From Okeania sp. (GTDB lineage Bacteria > Cyanobacteriota > Cyanobacteriia > Cyanobacteriales > Microcoleaceae): a DNA stretch of 32,000 nt. The stretch's first letter is position 1. Every line of letters starts with the position of its first letter. Where the stretch lies: contig NZ_JAYKGW010000023.1 in the NCBI RefSeq assembly GCF_035285525.1, positions 16,785 through 48,784 on the forward strand, written 5' to 3'. The notes below the pieces were generated by a model. The model ran no database searches. It was not told the origin of the DNA and saw nothing but the letters and a program-made list of their open reading frames with translations. The position numbers and the translations under genes are program-made. Positions 25,486 to 32,000 of the stretch are shown piece after piece.

Positions 25486-26928
25486 TTACTGCTGCGCTTC
25501 CAAAGGCCGTCGATCTCTGGCAAAATCTCCTGGTTGCGTATCTATTCCCAGTTCATTATCCATTCCAGGTACTGGTAACTCTAAATCTGGTCCCTGACGA
25601 ATAATACGACTGCCAAAATACAAAGCTGCTATCAACAGAATCGAATAAATTACAGCAAAACTCGTCAAAGAAGTCAAGACACTAGCTGCTGGAATCTGAG
25701 AAACTGCATCAGCAGTACGAATCTCTCCATATAAAGTCCAAGGTTGTCGTCCGACACAACGCACTATCCAACCTGATTCTACCGCGATGTAACCCAAGGG
25801 TGCAGCGAATATCCAGGTGCGGAGCAGCCATTTTTGCTGTGTAATTTTGTCAGCAGAGAGATTACCCAGTAGCCATTGTAGAAGACTCCAAAACATTAAC
25901 CCCGCTAATAAAAAGCCGATCCCACTCATAATTCGGAAACAGTAATAAATTAGTCCTATCATCTTCGGACGCTCATTGACTGCCCATTCTTTTAATCCAA
26001 AAACGGGTTTCGAGAGATTGGCTTTATATTCTAAAATGTATCCCAGTCCCTGGGGAATCGCCAGTTCCCAACGATTGCTTTCTGCTTGCTCATCAGGAAA
26101 CGCCAGTAACGTCCAATCAGCAGGTTCCCCCGCTGGTGAGGTTTCCCATTTGGCTTCTATGGCAGCTAACTTAGTGGGTTGATACTCATAAACTTGTTCC
26201 GCACTTAAATGTCCCACATAAATTTGTAGAGGAGTAACAGCGATCGCTACGGCTAAAACAATTTTCAGGGAACGGACAAAAAAGGCTTGATGTCGCTGAT
26301 TAATAATGTACCAAGCACTGATTCCACCAATCACAAACAGGGAAGTTTCTAAAGTTGCTAAAAACATGTGGGAGACACTTTTAACCATAAAAGGATTAAG
26401 AATGGCTTCAAAGTAATCACTAACCACAAATTTGCCATCTACCATTTCCCCACCGGAGGGAGTTTGCAACCATGAGTTAGCTACTAAAATCCAGAAAGTA
26501 GAAAGATTAGCTCCAAAAGCAACCATTATTGTTGCTAAATAGTGAATAACTGGATGCACTCGTTTCCAACCGAACAACATAATGCCTAAAAATCCAGCTT
26601 CGAGCATAAAAGCCATCGCTCCTTCAAAACCAAGGATGCTGCCAAAAAAGTCTCCCACTGCCTCAGATAATGGTGCCCAGTTAGTGCCAAATTGGAACTC
26701 CATTGGTAAACCTGATGCTACACCAATGCCGAAATTGAGAACATAAAGTTTTGTCCAAAAACGAGCATGGTGGTAATAATCAGGATTACGGGTTCTCAGC
26801 CATAATCCCTCTACCACCACCAAATAAATGGCCATACCTGTAGTTAAAACTGGCCACAACATATGAAAGATAGCAGTCAGAGCAAACTGCATTCGAGAAA
26901 GTGTTATTGTGTCTGAAAAAACATTCAT
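25486..26928 (-). CDS. cydA: Cytochrome bd quinol oxidase subunit I
   Basis: The N-terminus is LSRMQFALTAIFHMLWP, and GWIVRCVGRQPW (the GRQPW signature) is present. The length is 480 aa. Confidence 0.95.
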   Translation of the reverse strand: MNVFSDTITLSRMQFALTAIFHMLWPVLTTGMAIYLVVVEGLWLRTRNPDYYHHARFWTKLYVLNFGIGVASGLPMEFQFGTNWAPLSEAVGDFFGSILGFEGAMAFMLEAGFLGIMLFGWKRVHPVIHYLATIMVAFGANLSTFWILVANSWLQTPSGGEMVDGKFVVSDYFEAILNPFMVKSVSHMFLATLETSLFVIGGISAWYIINQRHQAFFVRSLKIVLAVAIAVTPLQIYVGHLSAEQVYEYQPTKLAAIEAKWETSPAGEPADWTLLAFPDEQAESNRWELAIPQGLGYILEYKANLSKPVFGLKEWAVNERPKMIGLIYYCFRIMSGIGFLLAGLMFWSLLQWLLGNLSADKITQQKWLLRTWIFAAPLGYIAVESGWIVRCVGRQPWTLYGEIRTADAVSQIPAASVLTSLTSFAVIYSILLIAALYFGSRIIRQGPDLELPVPGMDNELGIDTQPGDFARDRRPLEAQQ

Positions 26929-27085
26929 TGTTTGCTATTGCTATCGAACTTTTTGTTAGCTTAACAGATGGCTTTCTGGGATAGAGAAAACTTTTATTTT
27001 GGTTTAAACTTTTTCACTTCAAATTCCATCTTTTTTTGACCATTATCTCTTTCTGTAACTGTGGCATCACTGAATCCATTGAAAT

Positions 27086-27148
27086 AGTAGGGGCGGGTTT
27101 CCACGTTAAGTTAGGGAATGTTCATAAAGTGAAAAAAACCCGCCCCCA
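27086..27148. repeat. GC-arm hairpin repeat GTAGGGGCGGGTTT...AAACCCGCCCCCAC
   Basis: Inverted arms were read directly. A second copy lies at 27206-27274. Confidence 0.8.
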
Positions 27149-27205
27149 CATAATTTTTCATCAACCTGTACCCCAGGTTTAATCCCTGTTCCATATTGAT
27201 GTTGT

Positions 27206-27274
27206 AGAAAAGAGGGCGGGTTTAGCTAAATCTTCAGATGGAACCGGGAAATTTCTGATTAAACCCGCCCCTAC
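27206..27274. repeat. GC-arm hairpin repeat GAGGGCGGGTTT...AAACCCGCCCCTAC
   Basis: The same family as 27086-27148. It ends 8 bp from the coaBC stop. Confidence 0.8.
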
Positions 27275-27281
27275 GTAATTA

Positions 27282-28478
27282 TTAATTATCCATTATCCAT
27301 TCCCACAAACGATGCGCCATTTCTAATTTACTACAAGAGGGAATATCCAACTGACGACCTTCTGCATCCAGAAAAATTCCCTGATTTGTATTACTGCCAA
27401 AACCTGCACCTCCGCGATCAATAGGATTAGCCACAATAGCATCCAAATTTTTCACCAGCAACTTCTCTAATGCAGGCTCCACAATATCTCCAGTCTGTGC
27501 AGCAAAACCAATTAAATATTGGTGAGACTGCTTTAATTTTCCCAACTCTGCTACAATATCCGGTACTGGTGTCAAAGGTAATAAACTTGGTAGCGATCGC
27601 TTGGACAATTTCTGATTACTATATTCCGCAGGTTTGACATCTGCTACGGCAGCAGTCATTACAATTATATCTGCTTCGGCAAAATGATCTAACATTGCTT
27701 TCTGCATCTGAGCAGCACTGACTACTTCTATAATTTTTAGCCCCGACAACTGCAACTCTCCCGAAATACTATGCACCAAAGTTACATTTGCTCCCCGATG
27801 CAATGCTGCTTGAGCTAAAGCTATTCCCATTTTACCTGTAGAAGGATTTCCAATAAATCTCACGGGGTCTAGATGTTCCCGGGTTCCCCCTGCACTGATT
27901 AAGATTTTCTTTCCTGCTAAATCTTTTTTGCCTGTGGTGTACAATAAAGATTCTATATTTGTGACTATTTCCTTGGGTTCGGCCATTCTACCTTGACCAA
28001 TGCGATCGCAAGCTAAAATTCCTGCGCCAGGATTGATACCATGAAATCGTTTTTCTGTCAATATTTGTTGCCAATTTCGTTGTACTGGTGTTTGTTCCCA
28101 CATATCAGTATTCATGGCGGGAGCTAATAAAATGGGGCAAGTAGAAGCTAAAATGGTATTAGTCAGCAAATTATCTGCGAAACCATAGACTAATTTTGCT
28201 AAAGTATTTGCGGTGAGGGGAGCAATAAGGATTATTTCTGCCCATTCTCCCAACTGAATATGCAAGGGACGTCCGTGATCAGGTTGCCAAAAATCTTGGT
28301 CAGTATAAGCAGGATAACGACAGAGAGTAGATAAAGTCAGAGGTGTAATAAATTGTTGAGCAGCAGCGGTCAAAATTACTCTAACTTCGACTCCAGATTT
28401 GACTAAAGTGGAAACTACTTCACAAACTTTATAAGCTGCAATACCACCAGAGATAGCAATTAAAACTTTTCTACTCAT
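27282..28478 (-). CDS. coaBC: Bifunctional phosphopantothenoylcysteine decarboxylase / phosphopantothenate-cysteine ligase
   Basis: The N-terminal flavoprotein motif is [21 protein letters not shown] and the C-terminal CoaB block [25 protein letters not shown] are present. I chose the ATG at 28478 with a GGAG SD, because the tracked start at 28493 is a GTG. Confidence 0.93.
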   Translation of the reverse strand: MSRKVLIAISGGIAAYKVCEVVSTLVKSGVEVRVILTAAAQQFITPLTLSTLCRYPAYTDQDFWQPDHGRPLHIQLGEWAEIILIAPLTANTLAKLVYGFADNLLTNTILASTCPILLAPAMNTDMWEQTPVQRNWQQILTEKRFHGINPGAGILACDRIGQGRMAEPKEIVTNIESLLYTTGKKDLAGKKILISAGGTREHLDPVRFIGNPSTGKMGIALAQAALHRGANVTLVHSISGELQLSGLKIIEVVSAAQMQKAMLDHFAEADIIVMTAAVADVKPAEYSNQKLSKRSLPSLLPLTPVPDIVAELGKLKQSHQYLIGFAAQTGDIVEPALEKLLVKNLDAIVANPIDRGGAGFGSNTNQGIFLDAEGRQLDIPSCSKLEMAHRLWEWIMDN

Positions 28479-29272
28479 AATATTCTTCTCCACCCTTCCT
28501 TAACTATACTTTTTTAGGATTAATACTAGAGTTGTTGGGAATTAAGCTAAAAAAATGGCTAAAACCCTTATCAGTCAAATCTTATATCTTTCTCTGCCCC
28601 TAAAATTATTATATAGTAAGCTTTTGAGCATTGTTCAATTTTTATTTCCCAACAACTTTATTTATGGCTTCCGTTGTAATGATACCTTCTTTAGTCATTT
28701 TAGGGAGAAGATCGTTTTGAATCAAATACTCAGCATAAATCTTAGCTTTTGACATATCTGGAAGAGAAAAAACAGAAGAATCATAGTGAGTACACTCTCA
28801 AACAAACTTCCTATTTTCTAGGGAACGTGTAAGAGAATACAAAGAAAAAACAACATCATCATCAGTCCATTTATGAACTATTTGCTTATTCATAAAACTT
28901 TTTAATTTAGTACATAAATTATTATACTTAAAAAAAATATATAGCAATTCCCAAAAAGCGTAAGGTACAAAATTCCTGATTTTAGGGAACGGAAATAGGG
29001 AATAGGATAAAAATAAAAATTTATAGATGTACCTTACGGCTATGGGAAACGCTATATAACCGCAAAGTAGCACTAAATTTCAGTACCTCTAGCTTCTTCA
29101 ACTTGAAGGGTATGTTTCTCAAATTTTGGTTGTGACAAGATAAGAAAGAAAAAAGGGAAGATACAGGGGATTCAACCTTTATGAAGTATATTCACGCGGG
29201 TAAGATCCCTGCACTGATAATATTTAATTATTAATAATCTGTACTTCCTTACCTTCTTCCTTCTTCCTTCTT

Positions 29273-29488
29273 TTAAGCTTCATCACAAGGCTCAAAATCC
29301 AATAAATGGACATAAGGTTCTATCAACTCTGGACGTTGAAAAGCGATCGCCCGTAATAAGCGCCAATCATTTAATCCGTCAAAAGGATTTTTATAGTCAT
29401 CTTCTTCTAGACGAAAAGCTAATTTAGCTACATCATCTGTAGTGAAATTAGAAACATTCTCCAAGGAAAGGGTTACAGTTTCCATCAC
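29273..29488 (-). CDS. Small conserved cyanobacterial hypothetical protein (71 aa)
   Basis: An ORF with a GGAGG SD 6-9 nt upstream of the GTG/ATG pair. The NDWRLLRAIAFQRPELIEPY block looks like a conserved cyanobacterial DUF, whose name I cannot confirm. Confidence 0.65.
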   Translation of the reverse strand: MMETVTLSLENVSNFTTDDVAKLAFRLEEDDYKNPFDGLNDWRLLRAIAFQRPELIEPYVHLLDFEPCDEA

Positions 29489-29644
29489 AGCTAACCTCCT
29501 ATTGATAATTAATAATTAATAATGAATAATTGATAATGAAAGAGTTTTTTTAATCTCTAATTTTTTATCTAATATTCATTTTTCTATAAAATATATTACT
29601 GGGTAAGTCCTATAAATATAGGCTCTAATTTAATAATGTTCTGT

Positions 29645-30262
29645 TTAGTCTTTCGCTATAGTTTTGATTACAAAGCTTTCCATTAACTGCAAAACTTCCG
29701 GGATTATTTCATGCCCCATATCAAATTCTTTATATTGTATATTTGCCCCTAAGTTTGTAAAAGTATCACGGGATTTTCTTCCCTTTTCAATAGGTACAAC
29801 TGGGTCTTTTATACCATGTACAATCAAAATGGGTGGTAATTTTTCTACAGATGGTTGAGGTGGAGAATGTAAATAGCCACTTATAACAATTAAACCTGCA
29901 AATGGTAAAGTTACTCCCACATCCATAGTCATAGCTCCACCTTGAGAAAAACCACATAGAATAGTTTTAGACAGAGGTATTCCGGTTTGACTTTCGAGAG
30001 AAACTAACCAATCAATTAATATTGGGCGACTTTCTACTAAACCGGGAAACTTTGGGTTAGAGAAGTCATACCACATTTTGCCTCCAGGAACTTCAGGGTG
30101 AAATAGCGGAGCATCTGGGAACTCAAACCGATAGTCCGGGAGATTCAACTGTGGTACAAAAGGTATTAAATCATTACAGTTTGCTCCCCAACCATGCAAA
30201 GCAACAAACAGGGAATTAGATTTGGGATTAGGTGAAACGGAAATTGATTTTAATTGTGTCAT
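29645..30262 (-). CDS. Alpha/beta hydrolase, phospholipase/carboxylesterase family
   Basis: LHGWGAN is present, with the nucleophile elbow GFSQGG, the later HG..D.VVP block and a GHEI histidine. The length is 205 aa. Confidence 0.85.
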   Translation of the reverse strand: MTQLKSISVSPNPKSNSLFVALHGWGANCNDLIPFVPQLNLPDYRFEFPDAPLFHPEVPGGKMWYDFSNPKFPGLVESRPILIDWLVSLESQTGIPLSKTILCGFSQGGAMTMDVGVTLPFAGLIVISGYLHSPPQPSVEKLPPILIVHGIKDPVVPIEKGRKSRDTFTNLGANIQYKEFDMGHEIIPEVLQLMESFVIKTIAKD

Positions 30263-30267
30263 TTTTA

Positions 30268-30307
30268 GGGAATGGGAAGTAGGGAGTAGGGAGTAGGGAG
30301 TAGGGAA
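30268..30307. repeat. STRR heptamer tract (GGGAGTA x about 5)
   Basis: Direct reading gives gggaatg ggaagta gggagta gggagta gggagta gggaag. Confidence 0.9.
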
Positions 30308-30477
30308 GACAAGAAAGAAAAAAGCTATTGTTATTACATAGATTAAATAAATATGCTTTTATATCTACCTTTTCCTCAAGTTTTCCTAGCCTTACTCTAT
30401 AATTATTTGTGCTTCTTCGTCTACTTTCCTTAAAATTTACTTTGTTTTAAATTTTCTCATTTAGGGACTCTAAAATA

Positions 30478-31434
30478 ATGGTTAACAAACGTAAATCACT
30501 GCCACCGTCTCTCACAATTAAATTAGGAAAATGGGTTTGGACAACGCTCTGGCAAATAATGATGTCAAGACTTGCTCCTCGAAATAATTCTGGAGAATAC
30601 ATTCGTCCAACTAGCTTATTTAGAGAGACAGTCAGTACCGAAACAGAAAATAAATATCAACCAGCTACCAAACGCTACCGTCTATTTGTGGGAATGGGTT
30701 GCCCTTGGGCACATCGAACTTTGGTAGTTAGAGCTTTGAAAGGTTTGGAAGATGTTATCTCAATTACTATTGCTTCTCCAGCAGGGGATAAGGGTATTTG
30801 GATATTTGAAGATGAACAGGAAGGATGTCGTAGTTTACCAGAGTTATATAATTTAGCACAGTCTGGTTACCAGGGGCGTGCGACTGTACCTGTATTGTGG
30901 GATGAGCAAACTAAAACTATTGTTAATAATGAAAGTGCTGATATTATTGTTATTCTTAATTCGGAGTTTAATCAGTTTGCTAAAAATCCAGATATTGACC
31001 TTTATCCAAAAGAATTAAAAGCTAAAATAGATGAGTGGAATGAAAAGATTTATCACACTGTAAATAATGGAGTTTATCGTTGTGGGTTTGCCCAAAGTCA
31101 GGATGCTTATGAAAAGGCTTGTCGGGAATTATTTACTACTTTAGATGAAGTTGATAATACTCTTTCTAAAAGTCGATATCTTTGTGGTGAGTTAATAACA
31201 TTAGCTGATGTACGTTTTTTTACTACTTTATTTCGTTTTGATGTTGTTTATTATGGATTATTTAAGTGCAATTTACGCAGAATTAAAGATTATAAGTATT
31301 TGAGTGTTTATTTAAGAGATTTTTGTCAACTTCCAGGAATAGCAAATACTTGTAATTTGGAGGCGGTAAAACAAGATTATTATGGTAATCTTTTTCCTCT
31401 TAATCCTGGTGGAATTATTCCTTTGGGTCCCTAG
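30478..31434 (+). CDS. yqjG: Xi-class glutathione S-transferase / glutathionyl-hydroquinone reductase (YqjG/ECM4-like)
   Basis: The CPWAHR active-site motif is present, with ATVPVLWD and NNESADII blocks and a C-terminal YYG...NP tail. The length is 318 aa. Confidence 0.85.
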   Translation: MVNKRKSLPPSLTIKLGKWVWTTLWQIMMSRLAPRNNSGEYIRPTSLFRETVSTETENKYQPATKRYRLFVGMGCPWAHRTLVVRALKGLEDVISITIASPAGDKGIWIFEDEQEGCRSLPELYNLAQSGYQGRATVPVLWDEQTKTIVNNESADIIVILNSEFNQFAKNPDIDLYPKELKAKIDEWNEKIYHTVNNGVYRCGFAQSQDAYEKACRELFTTLDEVDNTLSKSRYLCGELITLADVRFFTTLFRFDVVYYGLFKCNLRRIKDYKYLSVYLRDFCQLPGIANTCNLEAVKQDYYGNLFPLNPGGIIPLGP

Positions 31435-31435
31435 T

Positions 31436-31467
31436 CAGTTATCAGTTATCAGTTATCAGTTATCAGC
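31436..31467. repeat. STRR heptamer tract (CAGTTAT x 4)
   Basis: Read directly, immediately after the GST stop codon. Confidence 0.9.
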
Positions 31468-32000
31468 TTTTTCGGTTATTAGCTATTGGCTAAAGCTTAA
31501 AGTCCTTGGGGGTCATTATCCGGAAGTCATCCCCCAAGTCCGCCAACTAATCTATATCAGTTATAGCCATAAGAAATTATTGGCGCTCAAAAACTTTAGG
31601 GGTTTTGTCTCTAAACTCTACCATAATTCGGATTTGTAGATTAAACTCTGACGATAAAATCTTTTGCTTCAGCTAGGGAGTTATTATGAATATAGTTGAA
31701 TAAAAAATCATGTATTTAGGAAAGTGTATCCATTGAATATCTACTATATCACAATTTGTTTGAGAATGCAACCTCTTTTTTATATGAATTTTTCCAGGAG
31801 CTTCAGAAAATGAAAATGTTGATAATTTCTTGTTAAGAGGGTATATCCCAATTCTAAATAGGTTGTGGCAAATCAAAAGTCTATCAAAAAAAACAAAACT
31901 CTTATACCTATTCCCTTCCTTCACTAACACACTTCCATCCGTAAATTCTAACCTTGATTGAATAAAAAGTCATGCATATAGGCGATAAACACCAGGTAAT

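Noticed and set aside
25264-25523. Tracked ORFs 25264..25473 (+) and 25293..25523 (-)
   Set aside because: They are translations of the palindromic AGAAACCGGGTTTCT tandem units in the cydA-cydB spacer. The peptides mirror each other on both strands.
31673-31930. Tracked ORF 31673..31930 (-), 85 aa
   Set aside because: It has a GTG start, no SD and no recognisable motif, and it lies in an AT-rich region at the window edge. Evidence is insufficient.

Overview
The window looks like chromosomal DNA from a filamentous, Nostocales-type cyanobacterium. This is inferred from the heptamer STRR tracts (CAGTTAT, GGGAACA, GGGAGTA), the GTAGGTTGGGTTGAGG-type REP sequences, and the pentapeptide, TPR and DUF4351-type genes. 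Housekeeping genes: typA (5' end off-window), cobM, lgt, a cobT-like gene, a CrtISO-family oxidoreductase, cydAB, coaBC, an esterase and a Xi-class GST. Almost every intergenic gap is filled with short dispersed hairpin or MITE-like repeats. The most coherent accessory block is a mosaic arsenic-resistance island at about 16.5-23 kb. It contains acr3, then an arsH stub fused to a frameshifted C-terminal fragment of an IscB-type (RRXRR/HNH/RuvC) OMEGA nuclease. Next comes a DSP-fold HCX5R protein sitting where arsC would be expected, followed by a dedicated GAPDH preceded by four 11-bp-phased Pho-box-like repeats. A VapC/PIN toxin-antitoxin cassette then splits the normally adjacent gapdh-arsJ pair, and arsJ follows. 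Directly downstream is a RAYT (REP-associated Y1 transposase) embedded in REP/REPIN arrays. Other notable points are a 260-bp repeat insertion between cydA and cydB, about 100-bp direct repeats bracketing lgt, and an orphan 614-aa repeat protein next to a pentapeptide-repeat gene. I found no rRNA, tRNA or CRISPR array. No wholly new multi-gene system can be demonstrated from sequence alone. The best candidates for new biology are the DSP-like protein in the ars context and the Pho-box-like array. All family assignments come from motif recognition by eye, not from searches.
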